Assembly (NCBI RefSeq): GCF_006345805.1
Contig: NC_043000.1
Span: 19,964,001 to 20,028,000, forward strand
Length of the DNA: 64,000 nucleotides
Source: Octopus sinensis
Lineage: Eukaryota
Direction of reading: 5' to 3'
Shown here: positions 12,163-25,372 of the stretch, piece by piece
How the letters are laid out: every line of letters begins with the position of its first letter
How positions within the stretch are numbered: position 1 is the first letter of the stretch
Translations under genes and position numbers: made by a program
The notes under the pieces: generated by a model
What the model saw: only the letters and a program-made list of their open reading frames with translations
Database searches by the model: none
What the model was told of the DNA's origin: nothing

Positions 12163-14038
12163 CTATAATGAGAAATCATTTATATACACAATTAAAAGTT
12201 CATATGTTTTATTATAATGAAATTAAAATGATACTAAGAGAAAGGGGTACATGTGATGGTTCTGAGCAACAAAAGTATCGACCACTAACTTTACTTTTAC
12301 TTAATTTTACAGTTAAGTAACTCATAAACACCCTTTCTTCATATTAGAAAGGCTTTTCCAATAACCATCAAGTGTATTCTTCAAGCTGTTGGTTTTCTTT
12401 GACTCAAAACCCATCCTTTGTTACTGGTTCCTGTTACTATTGATTCTGTTTGGGAGAATGCTTACTGTTTACTTATCATACCATTTCTTATACAATTTCT
12501 ATGACATGTTACCGACTGATGGAATTCCATGATATTGTGTCCACTTTTCCTGTTATAAATTTATATAGTCTTTTTATTCTTTTATCTCAGTTCATCACAA
12601 CTACTTGTTGCCTCAGGTGTCCTTCTTAGCAGAACCCATTCTGTTACAAGCAATTGGGTAAGGTCTCCAGCTTGAGAATACCTTCCTCCCCTCCCTCCCC
12701 CACTACTCTCAGTGTCATGGGTACTGCCTTTCCGCTTGACTAAAAGGGATGAAAAATATATCAATTACAGGAGAATGTCACAGAGAACATTACAGTCCTA
12801 AGTATGGAAGATTGAATTAATTTCTAGTAGAAATATTGATTCTATTTTAGTTTGAAACAAAAATCATAAAAAAGATAAAAGTAATCAACCCAATACCTAA
12901 ATATTGCATTAATATACACTTCATCTTACAACTCACTCATAAGTCAACAAAGGAACATTTATGTGGTCACACAACTTACTAGAAATAGCAGCAAATTTCC
13001 TTCAAACCTTGAGATTCAGAAAATTAGCTAAGCATTACAAATATATCCTTAACATTTATATCAAATTACAATATTTCTTAAACTGGTAATGAAAATCTAA
13101 TAGCCAGATTATGTTATCGTACAATTCACACAGAGCTGAATATAAAATAATCATTTTATTAATCTTGGCAACATCTAAACTTTGAGAGTTGTATACAGTC
13201 GAGTTAATATTCAAATAACACACAAATAAACACTACAATTTCTGGCCTTTGCTATCCTCAAAAATCCTTTCCAGAGACTCCAGATCCAAACGGATCTAAA
13301 ACTGCATCCCACAGACTAGTCTTCCTCTTCAAGGCCAGAAAAAAGAGACCATTAGCCAAAGAGTCAACAATTCATATCCTATCATCAGTATTGGTTACCT
13401 TCATATAGTCTGCCTAGTTGTAAATTGGTACCATGGAAAGGTACACCTGGCTGTTGTAAACAATAGGAACATAATTTAGTTGATAAGGTGTTTCATTAGC
13501 TTTGTAGTACTGAGTTCCAATCTTACTGTGAGTATAACTTGGGAGAGGGGTAGCCTCTCCAGAACAGACATAGTACACATGATGACAAAATCTTCAGTGC
13601 TGCTTCAATAAGCTAAGTTATTACAAACATCAAAACTTAAAAAGCAACCAAATACAAGTAACTGAGTGATAGGTTGATAATTCATATCTTTCTTTGACTA
13701 TGTTATGTCTGTAACCAGGAGATGACTATCAAACAGGATCATCCACCTAAATGTAAATTAGTACCACAGGTTAGGAACACCTTTAGTGATCCAAGTATTA
13801 GTAACATGGGAAAATTAACAAGTAGTTCATTATTTTGCCAAAGACCATGGATACATATTTCTGCATAATGAATTCTGCCCTATTGTGTTACTGAAGACTG
13901 GATCTTTCAATTCATAAGTTGATTTCCTTCTATCCTTCATTTAACTGTAGTTAAACAATGCTTATAGTGGAAAAACAGAAGACATTGAAAGTGAGGTAAG
14001 GCAATCATCTCAACCAACAAATAAAATATGTTACTTAC

Positions 14039-14201
14039 CTTTAATAGCATAGCCTTCGGCTAAAATCCGTAGAAACCGGATTGAGGGAGACTTAATAGTG
14101 ATGTTATCAATATCAGCTTTTTCCAATAAAGCATAAGCACCAGTATAATTGCCACGACAGTAGTGGATTTTGACTAATAAAAGTTGAGCATCGAATTTGA
14201 A
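14039..14201 (-). CDS. TTC7B: TTC7-family coding exon 3
   Basis: Acceptor tttcAG and donor GTAAGT; 163 nt, phase 0 to 1. Encodes FKFDAQLLLVKIHYCRGNYTGAYALLEKADIDNITIKSPSIRFLRILAEGYAIK(G), similar to TTC7B RLRVIAEAYATKG. Confidence 0.93.
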
Positions 14202-14364
14202 CTGAAATGAAAACAAGCAGTCTTAAATTTTATATTAAGCAAATAGTTTTACAAAGGTATTATAAAGTTTGTCAAACCTTGAATTGCTCTTTGAGAATTA
14301 TAAGCAGGTTATGCAATGTCAAAGCAAAGATACACCAAACATACACACAAACATATATATATAG

Positions 14365-14404
<40 letters not shown>

Positions 14405-15839
14405 ACACACACAACAGTCTAGGGTTATAGTGTAAGACACTTGCCCAAGGTGCCACAAAGTGCCACTGAACCCAAAACCATGTGGTTAGAAGACAAACTT
14501 CTTACCACACAGCTACATCTGCACCTACACATGTTTGTAGTTATTATGTTTTCTAATTTTGGTACAAGACCACAAACTAGAGAAGTCAGGGAACAGTCAA
14601 GTAAACTGACCCAGTGCTTACTTAAATGATTCCAGAAAAAGAAAAGACAATGTCAACCTACACAGAATTTGAATTCATAGCATATAAGACATATGCAAAT
14701 ATCACTAGCACCAAGGCATAATAAAGAAACAGCACCTTACTGCTTCAGTCACTCTATTGACTTATATCTCATTATTCTAGTTATTTTCATGAAAACTGGC
14801 CACACAATTATTGAAATCAAATTAAGTCAAATTTTGATAAATATTACAATGTAATAATGACAATTTTTCACAAATTTGTAGGACATAGATAACTGAACCA
14901 ATTTCAGCACTTGATTGCTCCATATTTTATCAACTTGGAAGTTGTGAAAGGCAAAGTTGCCGTTGGTAAAATGTAAACTCAATGTAAAGTGACACAGCTA
15001 AGTAGTACAAGGCATTTTTTTTCCAATGGGCTACCCTTTCTGATACTCAACCGTGATATAATCAAATACAGCTGCTGTATCTGTTTCAACATCAATTGTT
15101 TGTGGGAGGAAAACTTCCAACACAATGAAGAGATAATTCTTGTAATTCACTTCTTTTTAAATGAAGTAAATATACTAAAAATAAAAATAATTTTAAGGAC
15201 ATTTTGAACAAAGTTAGTTGAAATTTTACATTAATTTCAAGAAAATTTATTCACAAAGAATGAAACTAGATCTCAAGAACATAAAGTTAAAGAGTAAAGT
15301 CACAAGTTTTAGAAAAAGATTTGGTCAATTAAATCAACCATAGAATTTAAGTTAATTGACACTAGAATGAAAAAAAAATGTCAACTGTGGCAGGATTTGA
15401 TTTGATAATAAAATGACATAACTTAAAGCTGCAAGGCATTTTATCTGCTTCACTGCCCTTATTATAATATTAATGAAATTTGATTCTAATTGTTCCTAAT
15501 ATAGGTTTAAGGCTTAAAATTTGAGGGTTGGGGTATAGTAGATTATATCAAAGGGATGAGAGGCAAAGTAGACCTCAGCAAGATTTAAATTCAGAGTGTA
15601 AAAATCCCAAAGGAAGCATTTTGTCTAACCTTTTCTTTCCTATATTAGCCACAAGGGCTCAAAGAGATACAATAAAATACAATGAATGTTAAACATCTGC
15701 CTGATTAGCACTTCTGTTGGATTGTTCTCACACATTTCACATAAGAGTTCTATTAATATTTTTGTTGGTCTTTTGAATGGCTGTTAAGTTCAATTTATTC
15801 AGTTATTCATGTAGGAAATAGGTTCCCCTTTACTGTTAC

Positions 15840-17000
15840 CATAAAAAAATCCATCCACAAACCCGTCTAAAGGGTTTGCTTTTGTTACATTTGTATAACC
15901 AGAAGCACTGGACAAGGTCCAAGAAGCTTGGTCACATTGCATCGACAACAGAAAGTTGGATACCAAACGAGCCATTCCACATGATGAGGCGCCTGAAAAT
16001 AAAGTTAGTGTCAGTAAAATGTTCGTTCGAAGCATCAAAGAAGATAGCACTGAGGATGAAATTCAAAACACATTTTCACCTTATGGTGAAATTGAAACGA
16101 TTAACATGATCAGGGATAAGGGTACTGGCAAGTTTAAATGGTTCTGTTTTGTTACCTTCACTGACTATGATAGTGTAGACAAGTGTGTCATTAAGAAACA
16201 TTTTGAATCATCAGGCAAACAGGTAGAAGTGAAGAAAGCTGTTTCCAAGGACGAACTCATAACTGGCCGCGGCAGCAGTGTTACTGCTTATAGTCAGGTG
16301 TCGAACCCATATGGATGAGGTGCATTTCAAGGGTATGGAAGGCGCTGGATGGTATGCATATCAGGGTGGAATCACCAACTATACCAGTCATGCTAATGGT
16401 ACTAATTTCTCTTGTCCCTATGATAACGGCTTAGGAGGTGACCCAACTCGTGGTCATGGCAATTTCACTCCACGTGGATCAGGCCCATGCAGGGTTGGTG
16501 AAAACTTTATTAATTTTAATTTTTTTTTTGTTTTGAATTAACAATTTTTCAATGTTGCTTTTGTTTTTATTATTTCTGAAGATATTGGAGACTAACTCCC
16601 TTTCACAGGGGATAAACTTTCACCAGAGTTGGATTCCTCTCCACAAGAGAGGAGCTTTTATTCATCAGAGTGTGTTTCTATTTCACAAAGAGTGATCCCT
16701 CGCTTTTTCTTTTCTTTTTAAAGAAGTTTGGCAGTCTCCTTCAATTTCTGTCTAGTCCTCATTTTTATCAGTAAATGGAGTGATACTGTTGTAAAGAACT
16801 TTCTACTGATTTATTTCCCCTTGTTTAAGATGAATCTCATTATCGCTGCCAGTTGTGACTAAGAAAATTTCTTAGATCTCTTGGTTAGTTCCTGACAATG
16901 AAGACAGGGTGCTTTATTTTTTCATCACCTTAGTACCACCTTAGGGTCAGCAACCTCCATGCTTTGTTACTATTGTTTTTATCCTTTTCAGCTGTCTACA
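15840..17000 (+). pseudogene. 5'-truncated processed pseudogene of an hnRNP A/B-family (hnRNP A1-like, two RRMs plus Gly-rich tail) gene
   Basis: Intronless: RRM1 RNP1 (KGFAFVTF), stop TAA at 15896-15898, linker DTKRAIP, RRM2 (KMFVRSIKEDSTED...RDKGTGKFKWFCFVTFTDYDSVDK...EVKKAVSK), stop at 16316-16318, frameshifted G/Y/N-rich tail, then a T-rich 3'UTR-like stretch. The 3' boundary is approximate. Confidence 0.88.
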
Positions 17001-17299
17001 AAGAAAGGCTGTAAATGGCTTTCATTAACATATCTGTAGCAGCTGGGTTTCTACCCTGGTTACCAAGTTTTAAGGCCATCTTCTCAATACTCTATAGAAG
17101 ACATAATATCAATATCGTTTTGCCACCTTGCAAGAACGTGAGGAATTGTAGGTCCACAACCATGCCACCTGCCTGCATATCACCAAAAGTTATGTCAGTA
17201 CTGAACACCCATTCATATTGTGACACAAAAGTGACTATGAACTTAAGTCTCCTTCAATATTGTCACCACTGTCCTTGATGGCGTTTCTCTTTCCCAAAT

Positions 17300-17838
17300 A
17301 TTGTAGGACTAATTTATAAGAATTCACCCCTAGGTCCAATCCTTGTTGTAGTGGGATGCTTGTATACCTCAATGACCTTGAGAGCTGTGCCAAGGAAGAG
17401 CAAGCTCCTAATAGGACCTCCCATGCTGGACAGGTTAAAGAATAGAGGCCAGATTAATATGAACCACCTCTTCCCAAAGGTAAAAATGGATTTGTATAGG
17501 GCCAACACTACTACCTAGAAAAAAAAAGTTACAGAAACATCAATGACAATTCCAAATCAATAAGACCTGGGAGAGAAAAGCCTCCCTTCAAGGAAGCATA
17601 TGACACAGTACAGCAAAATCCAAAAGGGACATCCTGCAAAACATATCAAGCCCTGACCTGGAATCCACAAGGGAGGTAGAAGGGAAGAAACCTTAAAAAT
17701 AGCTGGAGGCATGATATTGAGGCAGAACTGAAAAAATAGGGATCCAACTGGAAAGAAGCAGGAAAGATAGCCCATAGTCAAGAACAGTGGAGAAAAACTC
17801 TCAATGGTCTGTGTTTCATAGGGAGTGGAGGGCTTAGC
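17300..17838 (+). mobile_element. RTE/BovB-like LINE remnant (5'UTR-like part fused to 3' end)
   Basis: C-terminal motif ALTWNPQG..EAELKK.G.NWKEAGKIA...QWR..LNGLC, degenerate. Confidence 0.6.
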
Positions 17839-18745
17839 CTTTTGTTACCATATTTCTCTGGAAATACACTGCTTTTATTTCAATTAATTTTGAAAATAAC
17901 AACAAATTTAATAAAATAATTCTGTCATTATTAAGTTGGTATTTGAAATACAAATTAACATAAAAATTTGTTGGAAGTCAACCTCGGCTGAATTTGAACT
18001 CAGAACATATAGACAGACAAAATACTGCTAAGCAGTCCACCCAGCATGCTAATAATTCTGCCAGCTCACCACCTTAATAATGATGATGATGATGATGACG
18101 ATGATGAGCAACCAAATTACTTGCTTGACAGACAAACAACTCCCGATTCTATTTCGCAGTTGAGTAGTGAATGGCAGAAAGTCTATCCAACTATGAAAAC
18201 AATTAACTGTGTTCCAGGAGAATGGATGTGAAATAATTGAAAAATATATAATATAGTCTTGAGTTGCACTAGTTTGGCAAGTGATATAAAATTGCTTATT
18301 GCATCATGGTAGAGTCATTGCAGCCATTGTAAAAGACACACATATACTGTTACTTAATTATGAATGTTTAATAATATCATATATTAAGTGTCAAAGCCTC
18401 TATCTTACAACTACAACCTGGTGACTGACACTTTATCTTTTAATGAATGTACAATAAAAGATTTTGATACCTGATAATATACCATATTATTACAAAATAA
18501 TAATAATATTTTTTTCTACTATAGGCACCAAACCTGAAATTCTGGGAGAAGTGGGTTAGTCAGTTATATTGACCTAGTGCTCAACTGGTACTTATTTTAT
18601 CAACCCCGAAAGGATGAAAGGCAAAATTGACTTTGATGGAATTTGAACTCAGAACGTAATGTGTTAGAAGAAATGCCATTAAAAATTTTGTCTGTGCTAA
18701 CAATACTACCAGTTCACCACCTTATTACAAAATAATAATAATAAT

Positions 18746-18894
18746 AATGTACATTATTTACATTTTATGGATATTTGTCCTCATCTTGTTTGTTGTTAAC
18801 ACAATGTTTTGGCTGATAGCCCATAGTCTTCATCAGGTGTCTTGGGGGAAATTTCGAACTTGGGTTCTCATTCCTAAGGTATTTTTCAATGTTA

Positions 18895-18950
<56 letters not shown>

Positions 18951-19132
18951 TTCACTGCCTGAAATTGAACTCAGAATCTTGGGGTTAGTAGCCTGCAGTC
19001 TTAACCACCATATACCCATGGGCAATTATGGAGTGAATTTTAGGGCTTATAAATCTATAAAACAAGATGAGGACAAATATCTGTCAAATGTAAATAATGT
19101 ACATAATTCTTCATCTCTTAAATATAGAACTG
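18746..19132 (-). mobile_element. Penelope-like non-autonomous element with terminal inverted segment
   Basis: About 45-bp inverted repeat (18746-18791 vs 19060-19104), internal (TTA)n, and a hammerhead-like motif on the minus strand. Confidence 0.65.
18799..18840 (-). ncRNA. Decayed minimal type I hammerhead ribozyme
   Basis: Minus strand: acac-CTGATGA-agactatgggctatcagcc-AAAA-CA-TT-gtgt. Stem I acac/gtgt is intact; the expected ccGAAACGTT reads ccAAAACATT (two CpG-type transitions). Confidence 0.6.
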
Positions 19133-21665
19133 AATAATGATAAAGGTTTCAAATTTTGCCAAAAAGCCAGTAATTTTGGGGGAGCAGCTAAGTTGATTAC
19201 ATTGACCCACAATGTTCAACTGCTACTTATTTTATTGACCCCACCCAAAAATGTTAAAAAGCAAAGTCAACCTCGGTGGAATTTGAACTCAGAACACGAA
19301 GACATGAAATGCCAAGATGCATTTTGCTAGGTGTGCTAACAATTCTGCTAGCTCGAATAATAAGGTAAAAGTGAATAAAACAGTGCATATATCTTTTAAT
19401 GAATCTACCTCAATGCAATAATAATAATATAAAAAACTGTTCCTTTTACAATTTTCTAAGATATTTTTAACAACGAACGGTTAAAGTTAGCATTTTTTCA
19501 GTACATTTTAAAATTTTCACACACCATAAATTGAAATGTTCACAAATTAATATTTATCAGAACTTTTTAATAAAATAAGTTTTATAGCACTTTTTAATCA
19601 ATAACAAATTTTTAAAGCTGATACTATAAATCTAGTAAGATTATACTAGTTAATACTTTAATAGTTTAATTACAGAGGGTTAATGGATTAAATAATGAAC
19701 AATCGAAAATGTCATAGTGGAATTATTATAAGCAACAGGTAATACTGCAATCTCTATTTAGTTCTGGGTAAGGAACCAGAGTTGCCATATTGCTATTGAG
19801 ACAGCTACAAGAAAATACTTAAAAAACATTTCTATGTTGCATTTTGGCTGGATATGACCAGTTTCTAACATCTTGATTCTCATTATAGATTCAATTGAGA
19901 AGTTATGGGGTTTGAAACATGAGATATGAAGCTTGAATTGAAGAGTCTCAAGGTGAATATAACTAATCTAAAATACTCAACAGTGAAAGTATTCAAAGCA
20001 TTTACTGTAACTATATTGAATTATTTCTTGTATTCTTTTCTTTAATACTGAAATAGTATCCAGAAACTGAAGAGAGCAAAATCGCTTAAATAGATAGATA
20101 TGATTACTTTTCATTTTATAAACTTTACATTTCTTTTGTCTCAGTTCATTCGCAACATAATCTAATCATTTTGATTACCTGTATATATGGGCAAGAAATG
20201 GATTCAGTCACAAAGATGATTTCATTATATATTCACTGTAGTTCTTTTTCTGTTTTTCACTGTTATATATGGGGCGAAGCTAAGAAGCAATCTATCTATA
20301 CTCATGACTACATAGGCACCTAAAACAATTTGTGAAATCATGGTACATGCTACCAGGTATAGAACCTAAATTTATCAACAATTAGTTGGAAGGAAATTTA
20401 AATCAACCTCAAGGAATGTAAATTTAAGATTGTGTTCCTCCAAACCAAATAGTACAGAGAATTTAAGTTAATTCTTTGACAACTAGACAGTATTTCACCA
20501 TTATTCAATAACCATTGCAGAATATGATTACAAGGGTCAAAGTAAAACAAACCTTGATTTAACCCTTTAGCATTTAAACTGGTCACATCCAGCCAAAACA
20601 TTCTACTTGTTTGATGCTCAAAGCAACCAGATCTGACCTCCCTGACCTTACTCTACAATGTCATACTAAAACTAAACAATCACATCATTGAAATTTTATA
20701 GGATAGAAATAGTATAATAATTCAGAACAACATGAATAAATTAGCATTACATTTGACAGACTAATCTGAATGCTGAAGAATTAAGGATACAATTCTGTCA
20801 GCATCATGTCCCTAGGATATGCCCATATTTAGTGGTGATCTTTTTCTTTGACACCTTCTTTCTATTCCAAAAGGAGGCATGTAAAAAGCACCTGGCACAC
20901 TCTGTTAAGTGGTTGGCATTAGGAAGGGCATCCAGCCATATAAACCATGTCTCAACAGACAGCTGGAGCCTGGACAGCTCCCTGTTAGCCAGCTCCATGT
21001 CAAACAGTCCAACCCATGCCAGCATGGAAAGTGGACATTAAACGACGACGACGACGACGATAGCCCTGGCTAATCCACTTTCACCAATGGTCCCTCTCTT
21101 ATTGCCAGGTTAGCAGCTTCACTAATCTAACTTTGCATCTGGCTAGATACTCCTTAACTTGGGAAATGTATATCTTACATAAGCTCCTCCAACACAATAC
21201 AGCTCTGGAATCTTATTTCTGTGCTTCAGAAGAACGGTCAGTGGTATATTTTGGTCCTCAAAAAGCAAACCAAGTCCAATCAGAATTAATCAGTTGAGGT
21301 GGATTTGCCTTGCAAGTTACCTGGTGACCTCACCAAGAGTCAGTGCCATGGAAAAGGCACTCTGTTCACTTTGTAAAGTGGTTAGCATAAGAAATGGCAT
21401 TCAGCTGTAGAAACCATGCTAAAGCAGACACTGGAGTTCAGTGCAGTCCTCTGGTTCATCAAGTCCTTTCAAACCATCCACTTCATGCCAGCATGGAAAA
21501 TTAACATTAAATGATGATCTAGCTGCTGCTGATGATGATGATGACGATGATGACGATGATGATGAATGTCAACTGTTAAAGTAATCTTAGAAATTAATAT
21601 TAGCTAAAAAGAGCTAACTAAAAACATACAAAGAGAAAATAAATGGTTTCAATCATCACACTTAC

Positions 21666-21814
21666 TCTATTGTCCCCTTGAATCACTCGGTTAAAAAGGG
21701 TCTCAGCTTCAGAAAGTTCACTTATAGCTTTGCTGATATTCTTCTCACATGGGGGGAATTTCTCTAGGTACTCTTCAAGTTTACATTCTCCCATCACAAA
21801 GTCAACCATGTATT
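21666..21814 (-). CDS. TTC7B: TTC7-family coding exon 2
   Basis: Acceptor ttttcAG and donor GTAAGT; 149 nt, phase 1 to 0. Encodes (E)YMVDFVMGECKLEEYLEKFPPCEKNISKAISELSEAETLFNRVIQGDNR, similar to TTC7B LLLGESKLEQYLKEHP. Confidence 0.92.
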
Positions 21815-21879
21815 CTGAAAAGAAAATAATAGGTTAAAGTAGTTGGAGAACAAAGGTGTCATTCATATGTATGTGTGAC

Positions 21880-23410
21880 AATTATAAAATGGATGTTACT
21901 ATCATTCAAGCAGTGCCCTTCATTTCCAGGGAAGGAGCTGTGTCCTTGTCTCTTGCAGTCCTTTAGGACCAGCAATGCTCCTAATGTTCTGTTTAAACTG
22001 TTGCAGGTCAACACCTGTAGAAAAAACATGAGCAGGGAGAAGATTTCAAAGATGTACTGGAGAGAGAGAACTGAACAAAATTATTAACATGGGCCAGAAG
22101 CTGGATGCAACAAGGGTGATGAAAGGTATAGAACAAGAGGGTTGGGTGTGTCAGAGAGGTGAAGATATGCCCAAAGAGAAGAAGCCAATAGAGTAGCAGT
22201 GGAAACAACAAAGAGCAGATATTTGTGAATCAAAGGCTGAAGTGCCTGTTACTGAATGAATGCCTATTAGTCACATGGCACATTTTTTGTGGAAGTCCAG
22301 GACATTGTGAGTGTAGCAATAGCTGCACCATCTTAGATGTGAGTACAGTACACAGTGTCAGCAGTAATTAGGGGCTGAAATATCTTCGAGCCCTGAAGAG
22401 AAGGGGTAGTCTTTGGATGTAGTCCTAGCTAAGGACATGCTTTTGCCATTAGAGATCCTCAGTAATAATTCTTTTGGCACAAGACCAGCAATTTTAATGG
22501 GAAGTGGGGTAGTCAATAACATTGACCCTAATATTCAACTAGTACTTATTTTATCAGCCCCAAAAGGATCAAAGGTAAAGTTGACATCAACATGTTTCAA
22601 ACACAAAGCATAAAGAGCCAAAAGAAATTCCACTAAGCATTTTGTTTAATGCATTAATGATTCTGTCAGCTTGCCACCTCAGTAATAATTAAGCCCAACA
22701 TTTGAAGCAAATGTGGGGACTCTAGCTGAGTGATTATGGTTAGGGTTTTTGTTGCTAAAAGAGGCAAGATTGTCATGGCTCTCAAGGTCTTTGTTTATGG
22801 AATCAAAACAGGTTTGGCATGTAGTGCGTAGGTTGAATGTAGATGATGCCAGATCAAGACAAAATAAGAAAGAATGAGGGATTATGTCATCTGCATAAGA
22901 GTAGGATTATTGCCACAATAGTGTGATCTGATAGGAAGCTACTGATACAAGAGATGTGAGATCAGTATAGTCTGTAAGCAGGAAGTTATAACAGGAGATT
23001 TATATGCCAGACACACTCAAAAGCTTTGTTGAGGTCTAGAGCAACACTGCTTTTACCAAACTTCTCTAAAGCAAATGCCCGCTGGTGAATGACATAAGTC
23101 CAGTGGATTTGGCTCAGAAGAAGCCATACCAATAATCACTGAGAAGAGAGGTTCAAAGTGAAGGAGAACATCATTGTTAATAACTGTCTCCATTACTTTT
23201 GAGGTATTAGAAGTGAAAACAATGGGACAATAGTTATCAGGGCCAAAGGGGCTGCTTTTCTTTGGAATGGAGCATACAGTATATATCCAAATGCCAGTAG
23301 AAAGTGAGAGATTTAAGAGTTTGGAGAGTATAGGAGCAAGTTCTAAGGGGCAATGTTTAAGTGTTTTGGAAGAGACATTGTCAAGACCCTTGTTTTTTAG
23401 AAGCAACCAG
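21880..23410 (-). mobile_element. Degenerate CR1/L2/Jockey-type LINE pieces, interrupted by a SINE
   Basis: RT-like KGLDNVSSKTLKHCPLELAPILSKLLNLSL..IPKK...NYCPIVFTS..KVME, then LDLNKAF and YADD-like remnants. Endonuclease-like remnant at about 21.9-22.4 kb. Confidence 0.7.
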
Positions 23411-23469
23411 GTGATTCAGAAACCTCTTCAGCATTTAAATGATATGTAACATTTACATTCTTTATTATT

Positions 23470-24160
23470 GTTACAATTTCCATTGTAGATGTCATCTATC
23501 TGGACTTCTGCAAATCATACAACAAAGTTGACCACAGCATCTTATTAAAGAAACTATTGAACATTGGAGTCCAAAGGAAACTATTAGGTTGTCCCAAAAG
23601 TTCGTAAACACTTGCGAAAATTGAATTTTTACTCGCCAAGTACTAACAAAAACAACAAAAATTATTCCTCAAAATAAAGACCATTATTTTCCAAGACTTT
23701 CTACGAACTTTTGGGACAACCTTATATTAAAGTGGACTAAGTGTTTTCTGTTGAACAGAAGCCAGCATGTGGTGATAGATGGTGTTCAACCAAGCTCTGC
23801 AAAGTCATCAGTGGAGTCCCACAAGGCACTATATTGGGCTCATTCCTTTTCATTATTTACACACATCAATAACATCATTGATATTATGAAACACAGCAGC
23901 ATTACAATTTTTGTGGATGATTAAGCTTCTGAAGGTCATCGATAGGGCAGGAGACTGGACTAATCTCCAATCAGATCTGCTCACTGATATCCAATGGGCA
24001 GAAAAACACAAAATGCAGCTAAGCAAGAATAAATTTGAATTAATCTACTACAGTAAGGAGGTTGCACTTAAGCTACAAGACACTCTTCCATGGGATGAAA
24101 AGTTTGTGACATCCAACATCACTAGGGACGACCTCAGAGTAACTGTCAACAACTACATAT
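23470..24160 (+). mobile_element. CR1-like LINE RT fragment interrupted by a mariner MITE
   Basis: VDVIYLDFCKSYNKVDHSILLKKL..GVPQGTILG..IFVDD motifs. Confidence 0.8.
23584..23724. mobile_element. Mariner-type MITE, 141 bp (copy 1)
   Basis: TIRs TTAGGTTGTCCCAAAAGTTCGTA / TACGAACTTTTGGGACAACCTTA with TA TSD. Confidence 0.92.
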
Positions 24161-24183
24161 ATAGTATATAGAGATTATAAATA

Positions 24184-24221
<38 letters not shown>

Positions 24222-24282
24222 ACGCATGCATGTGCACATGTGTATGTATAAGTGTCTACACACACACACATACATAGTATCT

Positions 24283-25372
24283 TCTATTATCTTTTGGGCT
24301 GATCCCTTATTCCATGCTCAAAGTATTTCCTGTCTTTACTGGCAAAGAACTCTTCCAGGTGAATTTTTACATCCTCTTTAGAGGTGAAAGTCTCTCTATT
24401 CAATGAATTTTGAAGACCAAAACAGGTGGAAATCTGAAGACACAAGGTCAGGCAAATACAGAGGATGAGGCAAAAACCTCTCAGCGCAGCCCCAATAATG
24501 TCTGCCACATTTGCAAAGATGTGTGACATCTGGCATTGTTGTGCTGAAAGACAATCCTCTTAAGATTAGTCAGTTCTGGACACTTCTGGTAGACTTGCAT
24601 TTAATTTGTCCAGTTGGTCATAATACAAATCTGAATAGATGGTCCTTTTCATGGAAAAAAAGCTCATAAAAGACAACACCCTTCCAGTCCCACCAAATTG
24701 AAAGCATAACTTTCTTAGGGAGAAGTCCTTTTTTGAGGTTGTTTATAGTGGTTCGCATTGCTTCCTCCATGACTGTTTGCATCTCACACTGTTATAGGCA
24801 ATTTTTTTTCCTCCTGTCCCTATTCTATTAAAAAAAGGACCATTTTCTTCATGCATCATTTGTTGGGCCATGTTCTCTTTATTCAATTGATGTGGGACCC
24901 AAATACTGAACCTGCTGACATAATCAAGTTGACGCAGATGGTTTTCAACACCCAATTTGGATAATAGGAGAATATTTGCAATTTTAAAACAGGAGTTAGT
25001 CTTGACTAACTTCTTCACATTGTCAATGTTAACACCATTTGGCTAGCCATAGCAAGGAGCATCTTGAATAGAAAAATTTCCCAATTAAAATTTTGAAAAC
25101 CACTTCTGGCACACATGTTACATAACAGCATCCTCTTCTTACACAATACATATCTTCTTGCAGGTTTCTGCTGCTTTCTAGCCATTTTTAAAATTATAAA
25201 AAAAACATGATATATCAATAATGTTCAATTTGATTTTCCATTTTCAGGCTGATCTCAAACACACAAAATACAACCTGTCTCATCAGAAAGGTAAAAAGTG
25301 AATGGCGTCAGATATCTAACAAGTATGTGTGCACAAAGGAAAAAAAGTGAACAAACTTTTTGCCCAACCCAG
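24283..25372 (-). mobile_element. Mariner (DD34D) transposon relic
   Basis: WVPHQL motif, a degenerate TGDEKW-like motif and a YSPDLAPSD-like remnant (LYLPDLVSSDFHLF). 5' TIR-like ctgggttgggcaaaaagtttgttcac; many frameshifts. Confidence 0.87.

Noticed and set aside
15956-16318. Functional single-RRM gene
   Set aside because: It starts at TTG, has an in-frame stop upstream inside RRM1, an altered RNP1, a premature stop and a frameshifted tail; best read as a pseudogene.
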